The notes under the pieces are model-generated. The model saw nothing but the letters and a program-made list of their open reading frames with translations, searched no databases and was not told where the DNA came from. Made by a program: the position numbers and the translations under genes. A stretch of DNA of 41,940 nt, taken from contig JBOFUV010000077.1 of assembly GCA_051652765.1 (NCBI GenBank), forward strand, positions 1-41,940. Direction: 5' to 3'. Shown here piece by piece: positions 28,920-37,953 of this stretch; within the stretch, counting starts at the first letter, position 1, and each line of letters begins with the position of its first letter. The stretch comes from Microcoleaceae cyanobacterium (GTDB lineage: Bacteria > Cyanobacteriota > Cyanobacteriia > Cyanobacteriales > Microcoleaceae).

Positions 28920-29462
28920 ATGCCCTCACCCATTGCCCACGCCGTTTCTGGCTATGTGCTGTCTCGGCTCCTGCCTATAAATTCAACTCCAGATCGGCCT
29001 CAGCTGAATATTTCAGTCCAAGACTATTACGCTATATTTGTGGCGATCGCTGCTGATTTTGACTTTATTCCCCAAGTGTTGACCGGGGCAGACTTTCACC
29101 GAGGGATCACCCACACGCTCATTTTTGCCCTTGGTTTCAGTTTGCTCTGGGCTTGGCCCATCGGTCGTTGCTTGAAAGTCTCTTACGGACAAATGGTGAA
29201 GTTCACCTTCATTCTCTATAGTTCTCATCTGGTTCTAGACTGGCTAACGGCTGGAGGTTTGGGGATGCAGCTCTTGTGGCCCATGACAACGACTTATTTC
29301 AAATCTCCCCTATCTTTGTTTCCGCCCGTACATCACTCCCGAGGGCTGTTAGATTTGAGTCATCTGGTGTTTGTCAGTTGGGAGTTATGCTACGCCTTGC
29401 TCATCTTAGTTGGGTTGAGGCTGTGGCAAACGACAAAACAATCCAAGCATCTTTCTGAATAA
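28920..29462 (+). CDS. Membrane metal-dependent hydrolase (YdjM-like)
   Basis: MPSPIAH, D-x-D, HRGITH, SHLVLD, LLWP motifs with TM segments. Confidence 0.82.
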   Translation: MPSPIAHAVSGYVLSRLLPINSTPDRPQLNISVQDYYAIFVAIAADFDFIPQVLTGADFHRGITHTLIFALGFSLLWAWPIGRCLKVSYGQMVKFTFILYSSHLVLDWLTAGGLGMQLLWPMTTTYFKSPLSLFPPVHHSRGLLDLSHLVFVSWELCYALLILVGLRLWQTTKQSKHLSE

Positions 29463-29538
29463 ACGCTCTGAATGAATGCCTGGAATGAAAGGGCACACTA
29501 GAGACCGTTAGACTTTTGGGGATTGAAGGGACTGAAAT

Positions 29539-31224
29539 ATGATCACTGAATGTTCTGCTGAAACTAAACCTGGAACATCAATTGTTCTGGTTGATTCTCA
29601 TGTTCACATCCATGACTGCTTTCAACTGGATCGATTTTTGAATTCGGCCTTAGGGAATTTTAAAAGAAATGCTCTAGCTGTATTGGCAAAGTTAGACACA
29701 GCAAAATCAAAGACAGTTGCGAATGCAACGCCAGGAACAGCAACCGTAGAAACAACAAAGTTCTTGATGTGTTTGACCGAGATTGCTCCAACCCATTACT
29801 TTGCCCAGTTTATTAAGGACGCAGGCAAGACTAGTCCTGTTCCGGGTTGGACATTTCACAGTACCGCAGAACCAGAATCGGTTTATGCCCAACATTTATC
29901 TGGCGAGGGGATTTTTTTAATTGCAGGTCGTCAGGTCGTAACTACAGAACGACTTGAGGTCTTGGCCCTGGGCACTCCAGAACAGATTTCGGATGATTTA
30001 TCCCTGGATCAGACCCTCCAACAGATTGAGCAAGTCGGCGCAATTCCGGTGCTGCCTTGGGCTGTGGGCAAATGGGTGGGGCCACGGGGAAAGCGAATTG
30101 CAGCGGTCATGGGTTCCAAGGTCTCATCTAGAGTGTTCTTGGGAGATAATAGCGGGCGACCTGGGTTTTGGCCCTACTCTCCTTATTTCAAACTCGCGGA
30201 AGCTCAAGGTCGGCCTGTTTTACCTGGAACTGATCCGCTTTCGATTGACTCAGAAGCGGATCGTCCCGGTAGTTTTGGTTTTTGGATTGTTGGAGAATTT
30301 GATCAACAGCAACCAGGAAAGAGCCTGAAGCAGTGGTTGTTAAACTCTCAGGCAACCATTCACCCCTATGGTTCCCTAGAAAACCCCTGGCGATTTGTGC
30401 AGAATCAAGTTTCACTGCGAGCCCAAAAACCAAAACAAAGTCAAACTTCTGCCGCAAGTCTACAACAGAAAAATATGCAACCAGACTTAACCCATCCATT
30501 GGAATCAAGTCATCAATTTCCTGAAACTGCGGACATTGAAACGTCTTCTGATGACTATGCCAGTCGTTTTTCGGGGGAGACTGGACTGTGGTTATTAAAG
30601 GTTCAAGAACAGGCAACCTTAAAATTGTTAAAACCCTATCCCAAGGCAACGGTTTTGGATGTGGGAGGCGGCCATGGACAAACCTTAGAACCTTTACTTC
30701 AACAGGGTTATCAAGTAACAATTCTCGGGAGTGACGAGAGTTGCAAGACCCGGATTCAGAGTTTTGTAGATGCGAATCTCTGTACTTTTCAAGTGGGAAA
30801 TGTGTTGGCTTTACCCTATGCTGATAATGCCTTTGATGTGGTGATTAGCTATCGATTTCTTGCCCATGTTACCCAATGGCAACAATTCGTCTCGGAACTT
30901 GCCAGGGTAGCAAAAAAAGCCGTAATTGTTGATTATCCAACGGTTCGGAGTGTCAATTCAATTGCTCCTTATTTGTTTAAGTTTAAAAAGGGTTTAGAAG
31001 GCAATACAAGAACTTATATCTCCTATCAAGAACCCGAACTGGTAGAGTTTTTCAAGTCCCTAGGACTCAAACAAACAGAACGCTGCCCTCAGTTTTTTGT
31101 GCCGATGGTGTTGCATCGAGCCTTGAAATCACCTAAAGCTTCATCTGTCTTGGAAATTCCATTTCACTTAGTTGGACTAACCCATTTTTTGGGATCACCT
31201 GTCATTGCTAAATTCACGAAATAA
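29539..31224 (+). CDS. PHP-like metallo-domain fused to class I SAM-dependent methyltransferase
   Basis: N-terminal VDSHVH, GTDPL; Q/S/K-rich linker; C-terminal VLDVGGGHGQ, LPYADNAFDVVIS, ELARVA. Confidence 0.72.
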   Translation: MITECSAETKPGTSIVLVDSHVHIHDCFQLDRFLNSALGNFKRNALAVLAKLDTAKSKTVANATPGTATVETTKFLMCLTEIAPTHYFAQFIKDAGKTSPVPGWTFHSTAEPESVYAQHLSGEGIFLIAGRQVVTTERLEVLALGTPEQISDDLSLDQTLQQIEQVGAIPVLPWAVGKWVGPRGKRIAAVMGSKVSSRVFLGDNSGRPGFWPYSPYFKLAEAQGRPVLPGTDPLSIDSEADRPGSFGFWIVGEFDQQQPGKSLKQWLLNSQATIHPYGSLENPWRFVQNQVSLRAQKPKQSQTSAASLQQKNMQPDLTHPLESSHQFPETADIETSSDDYASRFSGETGLWLLKVQEQATLKLLKPYPKATVLDVGGGHGQTLEPLLQQGYQVTILGSDESCKTRIQSFVDANLCTFQVGNVLALPYADNAFDVVISYRFLAHVTQWQQFVSELARVAKKAVIVDYPTVRSVNSIAPYLFKFKKGLEGNTRTYISYQEPELVEFFKSLGLKQTERCPQFFVPMVLHRALKSPKASSVLEIPFHLVGLTHFLGSPVIAKFTK

Positions 31225-31383
31225 TCTACTTCAATGAACGAGTTGAGTCATTAAAAAACCTTGCCGTTCTTAGTTGCGTCAGTTATGCTAGGGTTAACAG
31301 GAAATAGCTTGACAAATCCTGTTAGTATAAAACCCAACATACTGTAAAGTTCACAGCCAATTTTCTGAGGAGAGGAGAGTAAG

Positions 31384-32370
31384 ATGAAGATTTTTGTTAC
31401 AGGGGGAACAGGTTTTACGGGGAGCCATCTGACCCGTCGCCTACTTGAAAAAGGACATCATGTTGTTGCCTTAGATAACCAGCCTGGATTATTTTTCGAT
31501 GAATTGAAACAGCTTGGAGCAGAGCTTCATATTGGGAGTGTTACGGATAAAGAACTCGTCAATAAATTGACTGAAGGGTGTGAGGTTGTTCACCACCTGG
31601 CAGCAGCATTTCGTCAAGTAAGTCTACCAGAGTCCGTTTATTGGAATGTGAATGTAGAGGGAACTCGATACTTATTAGAGGCTGCTCTCAACCATGGTGT
31701 ACAAAAGTTTGTGTACTGCAGCACCTGTGGAGTTCATGGGAATGTGAAGGAGTTTCCGGCAGATGAAACTGCACCTATCGCCCCCGCAGATTATTATCAA
31801 TATACAAAACACGAAGGGGAAAAGGTGATCCCTGAATATGTCGAAAAAGGCTTAAAAGTTGTGACCTTGAGACCCGCAGCAATTTATGGGCCTGGAGATC
31901 CAGAGCGATTTTCAATCCTATTTAAGCGTGTAAAAGGTGGAAGGTTTCTGATGTTTGGGGATGGAAAATGCTGTTATCATCCCCTCTATATTGAAAACTT
32001 AGTTGATGCCCTCGAACTGGCTGCCGCCTCGGATAAATGCCATGGAGAAGCCTACTTGATTGCCGATGAAAAATACTACGCCTTAAACGATCTGGTGACT
32101 GCGATCGCCAAGTCCATGGAGATCGATCTCAAAATTCAACATCTTCCCTTTGGGCCTTTATGGCTCGCAGCTTTTTTAACTGAAATGGCTTACAAGCCTT
32201 TTCCAAATGTTGATCCGCCGTTGTTCCGTCGCCGCGTGGACTGGTTCCGGCAAAATCGGGCCTTTAGTATTGAAAAAGCCAGGAAAGAACTGGGTTATCA
32301 GCCCCGCGTGAACTTAGAGGATGGGCTATCTGCAACAGCCAAATGGTATCGCGAAAAAGGAATTATTTAA
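31384..32370 (+). CDS. NAD-dependent epimerase/dehydratase (extended SDR)
   Basis: VTGGTGFTG, HLAA, NVEGT, YQYTK (YxxxK), RPAAIYGPG; GAGGAG upstream. Confidence 0.92.
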   Translation: MKIFVTGGTGFTGSHLTRRLLEKGHHVVALDNQPGLFFDELKQLGAELHIGSVTDKELVNKLTEGCEVVHHLAAAFRQVSLPESVYWNVNVEGTRYLLEAALNHGVQKFVYCSTCGVHGNVKEFPADETAPIAPADYYQYTKHEGEKVIPEYVEKGLKVVTLRPAAIYGPGDPERFSILFKRVKGGRFLMFGDGKCCYHPLYIENLVDALELAAASDKCHGEAYLIADEKYYALNDLVTAIAKSMEIDLKIQHLPFGPLWLAAFLTEMAYKPFPNVDPPLFRRRVDWFRQNRAFSIEKARKELGYQPRVNLEDGLSATAKWYREKGII

Positions 32371-32438
32371 GGGAATTATTTAATTGTTAATTCACAAATA
32401 CCCACTTCAGCCAGCCCTTTAGCAAACCCATTTCAGTT

Positions 32439-33236
32439 ATGAGTCAGAAAAAAGCCCACGCTCAAATCTCGGATGAATCCCAACCCGCCCTTAAGCGCTA
32501 TCAGAGTCTTGTGGTTGGTTCTGATAGCCTAACCTTTACCCTGCAATATGAACTTCTGCTAGGACTATTGGGGGGATTGCCTGGTGCCTTAGGGTTGGTG
32601 CTGCGCCAGAAATTCTATAAGCCCTTGTTTAAAAGTCTCGGACGCAAAGCTTTATTTGGCAGTCGCGTTATGTTCCGCCATCCCAAAAAAATTGCATTGG
32701 GAGATACGGTAGTAATTACAGATGGATGTGTCCTGGATGCCCGAGGTGAAAACAACACTGGAATTGTCGTTGGCAACAGTGTGATTTTCTCCCAGAATGC
32801 CATGATCATCTGTAAAGATGGTGACATTCGGATTGGAAATAACGTCAACATTGGTGCGAATACTGGTATTTATGCGGTCGCAGGCAACCAGGTTGATATT
32901 GCCGACAACGTTCTGATTGGACACTACACCTATATTGGTGGGCACAGTTACCACTTTGACCAAATCGACATTCCCATTGCGGCCCAGGGAATTAACCCTC
33001 GCGGGGGAACTCGCATTGAAGAGGGGGCTTGGATTGGCGCTAGGGCAACGCTCATGGATGGCATAACGATTGGTCAGGGAGCAATTGTTGCTGCCGGTGC
33101 AGTGGTAACAAAAGACGTTCCTGCCTATGCCATTGTTGCTGGAGTCCCAGCACGGGTGGTGCGTTACCGAACCGCAACAGAAGCAGAAGCTCCAGTAGAA
33201 ACCCCTGTGGAAGTTCCTGTTACCAACCATGCTTGA
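32439..33236 (+). CDS. Hexapeptide-repeat (LbH) acyltransferase
   Basis: IGNNVNIG repeats; WIGARA...[18 protein letters not shown]...GVPAR. Confidence 0.9.
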   Translation: MSQKKAHAQISDESQPALKRYQSLVVGSDSLTFTLQYELLLGLLGGLPGALGLVLRQKFYKPLFKSLGRKALFGSRVMFRHPKKIALGDTVVITDGCVLDARGENNTGIVVGNSVIFSQNAMIICKDGDIRIGNNVNIGANTGIYAVAGNQVDIADNVLIGHYTYIGGHSYHFDQIDIPIAAQGINPRGGTRIEEGAWIGARATLMDGITIGQGAIVAAGAVVTKDVPAYAIVAGVPARVVRYRTATEAEAPVETPVEVPVTNHA

Positions 33237-33543
33237 CGTTAATAATTCCTGTGTACACGACGGTTTGTTAAATGTTAAAAGGGAAAATCCTTAAGTTCCC
33301 TTGCTAGGAGATTTTATAGACAACTCCCAGCAAGATTAGCCACCAAACATCCTCTGTTAAGCCAAAAAAACCAAAGTTTCATCCTGCCTATTACCCCTGC
33401 CTATACTTATGAGTGGGGGTTAATAGGTTTTTCGAATGATCTGTGACTTTTGAAGGTCATGTGAGTATAGTAGGGAATAAAGGTGCAAAGCGTTGGGTTC
33501 ATTAATCACTTCATGGGTTTTTAGCTTAGCAGGAGTATTAAAA

Positions 33544-34593
33544 ATGGAAGAGCCTCAGTATACACTTCCCTCAGGTTCTCGTGTTCTTGTCACGGGCGGT
33601 ACGGGATTTACAGGGTCGGCTTTACTGAAGAAACTCATTGATCAAGGGGTCAATATTACTGCGATCGCCCGTCCAACTTCTAATCTGGAACCCTTTAGCA
33701 GAATGCCGATTGAGTGGCTCCGAGGTCATGTCTTTGATGAAAACCTGATTAATCAGGCCATGAAAAATGTTAACTACGTTTTTCATATGGCAACTCCATT
33801 TCGGGAGGCCAAATCTCCTGATAGTGTTTATCACAATGTTCATGTTTTAAGTACCCAACACTTAGCAAAAGCAGCTCTGAATCAGCCTGACTTTAGAAGA
33901 TTTGTCCATGTTTCAACGATTGGTGTTCACAGTCATGTTGCGAATCCCCCTGGCGATGAAAACTCTCCGATGGAACCAGGGGACATCTATCAAAGCACAA
34001 AACTCGAAGGGGAGCGTTGGATTCGGGAGTTTGCAGAGCAATCAGGACTTCCAGTCACTGTTGTTCGTCCGACTGGAATCTATGGCCCAGGAGAGAAACG
34101 CCTGCTCAAAATTTACAAATGGGTTGCCAAGCAAAGAGTTCCTGTGATTGGAAATGGCAGCAACTTACTGCACTTCATCCATGTGGAAGATTTGACCAAC
34201 TTTTTGCTGTTAGCGGCGACCCATCCAACAGCAGTTGGCGAAGCGTTTATTTGTGGTAGCCATCAAGCAATTACATTCAAGCAGATGGTGGAGTTGGTAG
34301 CGAGTTATTATCGAGTTAAGCCTAAATTAATGCAGTTTCCTGCGGCTCCGATATTTGCCCTCGGGGATATGCTGGAATTTATTTGTCGCCCTTTTGGCAT
34401 TGAACCACCAATTTATCGCCGTCGTTTAGCGTTCTATACTAAAGACCGCTCCTTTGATATCTCAAAAATGCAAGATTTGCTGGGATTTACTCCGGTTTAT
34501 TCCAATCAAGATGGACTACAAGAACTGGCACAATGGTATCTTGAGCAGGGCTGGATTACTGTTCAGAAGCCAATCCCTGATCCTGTGATCTAA
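33544..34593 (+). CDS. NAD-dependent epimerase/dehydratase (extended SDR), second copy
   Basis: VTGGTGFTG, YQSTK, RPTGIYGPG. ATG 33544 with AGGAG at 33531. Confidence 0.9.
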   Translation: MEEPQYTLPSGSRVLVTGGTGFTGSALLKKLIDQGVNITAIARPTSNLEPFSRMPIEWLRGHVFDENLINQAMKNVNYVFHMATPFREAKSPDSVYHNVHVLSTQHLAKAALNQPDFRRFVHVSTIGVHSHVANPPGDENSPMEPGDIYQSTKLEGERWIREFAEQSGLPVTVVRPTGIYGPGEKRLLKIYKWVAKQRVPVIGNGSNLLHFIHVEDLTNFLLLAATHPTAVGEAFICGSHQAITFKQMVELVASYYRVKPKLMQFPAAPIFALGDMLEFICRPFGIEPPIYRRRLAFYTKDRSFDISKMQDLLGFTPVYSNQDGLQELAQWYLEQGWITVQKPIPDPVI

Positions 34594-34700
34594 AAGACTG
34601 AAGTTAGGACTTCAAGTTGGGGTCTGAAGTTAAGCATTAAAGCTTAAATCGTTGAGCAGATCAATTAGCCAGTAATTAAGCAAGCAGGCAAGCAATAATT

Positions 34701-35480
34701 GTGTCACCCGATCAAAAGTATGATGAAATCTTCATTGCTAAAGTTCCCCTCTCGGAACAGTTAACTCAAGCGCAAGTTTCTCCCCTCAAACGCTACCAGG
34801 ATAAAGTTCTAGGCACATCTGAATGGATGCCGTTTTTACAGTATGAATTGATCACGGTGCTGTGTAGCGGGTTACCGGGTAGCTTAGGGTATCTGTTGAG
34901 AAAATTCCTGTACCCCAGACTGTTGAAGCAGGTGGGCTCAGGAGTGATTTTAGGGCAAGGTTTAGTGTTGCGCCATCCTGGAAAAATCAGCTTGGGCGAT
35001 CGCGTTGCAATTGATGACTATGGATTAATTGATGGCAGTGGGGCGGGTGAAGAAGGAATCTATTTAGGAGATAATGTAATTGTCTCGAAGAATTGTGTGA
35101 TTCAGGGGAAAACAGGCCCAGTGATCATTGGGGATAAAACTGACCTCGGGTGCAATGTTGTTTTGACCTCAAGCTCTGGAATTTACATCGGCAAATCGGT
35201 TTTGATTGCATCCAATTGCTATCTCGGTGGCGGACGTTATGGAACAGACCGTTTAGATATTCCGATGATGGAGCAAGGAATCTACACAAAAGGCCCAGTC
35301 GTGATTGAAGATGATGTTTGGTTAGGGGCAGGGGCAACGGTTTTGGATGGGGTAACGATTGGCAAAGGCTCGATTATTGGGGCGGGAGCCGTTGTCACAA
35401 AAGACTTACCCGCTTACAGTGTCGCCGCTGGGGTTCCAGCAAAGGTCTTGCGATCGCGTCTTTCTGAACACCAAGATTAG
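34701..35480 (+). CDS. Hexapeptide-repeat (LbH) acyltransferase, second copy
   Basis: [11 protein letters not shown]...[12 protein letters not shown]...GVPAK. Confidence 0.9.
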   Translation: MSPDQKYDEIFIAKVPLSEQLTQAQVSPLKRYQDKVLGTSEWMPFLQYELITVLCSGLPGSLGYLLRKFLYPRLLKQVGSGVILGQGLVLRHPGKISLGDRVAIDDYGLIDGSGAGEEGIYLGDNVIVSKNCVIQGKTGPVIIGDKTDLGCNVVLTSSSGIYIGKSVLIASNCYLGGGRYGTDRLDIPMMEQGIYTKGPVVIEDDVWLGAGATVLDGVTIGKGSIIGAGAVVTKDLPAYSVAAGVPAKVLRSRLSEHQD

Positions 35481-35628
35481 CCTGGGTCTCACGTTATTTT
35501 ATGTCTGGTTTGTAATGTCTGGTTTGTAAGTTCTAAGTTGTTTGAAACAAGCTAAATTTTACCCGCTAATCTTACTCGCTAATTGTGCACAAATTTAAAG
35601 GATTTATTCTCAATAACAAGGGGTTGTT

Positions 35629-36798
35629 ATGGCCATACTCCAAAAAGTTGTTAAGGCATTTCAGGAAGTTCCGATTGAGTTACAACGGTTTTTGCAGCAG
35701 AAATATCCCAAATTTGTAACGGGGGGAGGACTTGAAACGTTAAAGCATGAAGTTCCAGTTTTCATGTTTCACACGGTTCACCACTCAACCTTTCAAAGTC
35801 AGTTAGAGTTCCTACACGTCAATGGCTATCGAACCCTAAACCTAACGACATTTATGGCATTTCTGCGGGGAGAAATTCAGTTAGAAGCACCTTCAGTTTT
35901 GTTAACGTTTGATGATGGTGAGAAAAGTTGGTATGACACTGCTTATCCGTTGTTAAAACAATATGGGTTTCATGCAGTCGGTTTTGTTGTTCCTTACTAC
36001 ATTCAAGAACAACCCATTCAAGAGCAACACCTTCAAGAAAAATCTACTTCAAAAACTTCAGAAAAAAGTTGGCTGTCTTGGCCTGAATTAGTTGAATTGG
36101 ATCAGAGCGGTGTGATTGAAATTGAGTCTCACAGTCAATACCATGCGCGGATTTTTATCGAACCCAAACTCATAGATTTTTTTAATCCACAAGTGCCTGA
36201 TACTTTGGGTTTAGATGTACCTTGGATTGGCAATAACGGTTCCTATACCAATCAGTTAAAATGGGGTACGCCAATTTATAGTTATGCCCCTCGGCTTGAA
36301 GGTCACTTGAGATATGTGGATGATGCCGGGGTTAGGGAGGCTTGTATTACTTGGGTTGAATCTCAGGGCGGCGTTGAATTTTTTCAGAAAAGTACCTGGC
36401 GGCAGGAACTCACTCAGTACTATCAAACGGCGAAAAAGACTGTCCTTCTGCCTCAATATGAAACTGTACAACAACAGCAAGAACAGATGTTAGAAGATTT
36501 AATCCAATCTAAATCTGTTTTATCAAGTCGCTTGAATAAACCGATTCAACATCTTTGTTACCCCTGGGGTGTCGGCAGTCAGAAAGCGATTGAGCTAAGT
36601 CAAAAGGTTGGCTATCAGAGTAATTTCTGGGTTTCGTTAGATCATCGCAATACCAATCGATCTGGAGATTCCCCTTTCCATATTCCCCGCCTAAAAGACG
36701 ACTATTTATTCCGATTACCAGGGGAAGGTCGGCAATCTTTATTGCAAATCTTTCAGTCTAAACTCCGTCGCCGAGCGACAACTATAGATATTTACTAA
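35629..36798 (+). CDS. Polysaccharide deacetylase (CE4, IcaB/PgaB-like)
   Basis: VFMFH, LLTFDDG, IESHSQYH, CYPWG, IPRL motifs. Confidence 0.87.
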   Translation: MAILQKVVKAFQEVPIELQRFLQQKYPKFVTGGGLETLKHEVPVFMFHTVHHSTFQSQLEFLHVNGYRTLNLTTFMAFLRGEIQLEAPSVLLTFDDGEKSWYDTAYPLLKQYGFHAVGFVVPYYIQEQPIQEQHLQEKSTSKTSEKSWLSWPELVELDQSGVIEIESHSQYHARIFIEPKLIDFFNPQVPDTLGLDVPWIGNNGSYTNQLKWGTPIYSYAPRLEGHLRYVDDAGVREACITWVESQGGVEFFQKSTWRQELTQYYQTAKKTVLLPQYETVQQQQEQMLEDLIQSKSVLSSRLNKPIQHLCYPWGVGSQKAIELSQKVGYQSNFWVSLDHRNTNRSGDSPFHIPRLKDDYLFRLPGEGRQSLLQIFQSKLRRRATTIDIY

Positions 36799-36832
36799 CT
36801 ATTCACTAACCCTCTATTAACTATCTACTAAT

Positions 36833-37855
36833 ATGGAAAAAGTTACGATTGGAATTGTTAACTACAACGGCAAGGCTACCCTACCTCAAACGATAGAATC
36901 AATTCAGCGGTTGAAATACTCAGATTTTACAGTTGTTGTCGCGGATAATTTTTCTACAGACGGCAGTCGAGAGTGGCTCACAGAAAACTATCCCGATGTG
37001 CAACGTCTCTGTTTGGCAGAAAATCGAGGCCCTGCCGGAGGTCGCAATGCCATTCTTCAAGCATCCACAAGCAATTATATTTTGTTCTTAGATAATGATA
37101 TTACCCTGGAAGCTGATACCTTAATCTATCTCATGAATGTGATGCAAACTGTGCCAAATGTTGCAGTTTGCCACCCTGAAATCTGTGATCCAACAGATCC
37201 AATGGTTTATCACTATAACGGGGGATGGATTCATTATTTGGGGGCTTATATCTCTAGAAATAATGATAAAGGAGAGCGACCAGAATACGAAATTTTTGAT
37301 GTTGTTTCTGGGGCAGCGATGTTAGTTGATCGTAAAGCTGCTTTAATGATTGGAGGATTTGATGAAGATTACTTTTTTAACTGGGAAGATGGTGATTTTG
37401 TGATTCGGTTCACCTTAACTGGGTATCACTGTGTAAACGTTCCTCAGGCAATTGTTTATCACTTAGGAAAACCTAGGGGAGCTTCAAAAGCATTTTATAT
37501 GGTACGGAATCGCTGGTACTTCATGCTCAAGATTTACAGTTGGAGAACATTAATTTTGTCTTTCCCCGTCTTGTTGTTATTTGAAATTGCCCAAGCGTTG
37601 TTATTGATCGTTCAAGGACATTGGCAAGACTATTGGAAAGCCAACTACGAAGTTTTACAGCACATCCCAGATATTTTGCAGAAAAGACAGCAATTTCAAG
37701 CCCTCAAAATCAAGCGCGATCGTGACTGGCTAAAAGCTGGAGAACTTTATGTCTCTACCAGCATTGTTGCCTCAAAATCATCATTTTCTCGACTTAAAGA
37801 AGTCATCAGTCGTTGTCTCAATTTGTACTGGCAGCTTGTTCGTCTAGCTTGTTAA
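36833..37855 (+). CDS. GT2-family glycosyltransferase
   Basis: IVNYNG, DNFSTDG, GRN, FLDND (DxD), GGFDEDYF..WEDGD. Confidence 0.92.
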   Translation: MEKVTIGIVNYNGKATLPQTIESIQRLKYSDFTVVVADNFSTDGSREWLTENYPDVQRLCLAENRGPAGGRNAILQASTSNYILFLDNDITLEADTLIYLMNVMQTVPNVAVCHPEICDPTDPMVYHYNGGWIHYLGAYISRNNDKGERPEYEIFDVVSGAAMLVDRKAALMIGGFDEDYFFNWEDGDFVIRFTLTGYHCVNVPQAIVYHLGKPRGASKAFYMVRNRWYFMLKIYSWRTLILSFPVLLLFEIAQALLLIVQGHWQDYWKANYEVLQHIPDILQKRQQFQALKIKRDRDWLKAGELYVSTSIVASKSSFSRLKEVISRCLNLYWQLVRLAC

Positions 37856-37953
37856 GCTATAGCCATCCTACATGTACATGACAGGTGAAATGGGGTAAAG
37901 GAGCGTTGCCCTTTAAAACTTCAAAATAAACCTACAATTTCAAGGCAACAGCA

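Noticed and set aside
31309..31331. Sigma70 promoter TTGACA...TATAAA
   Set aside because: Spacer is only 11 nt.
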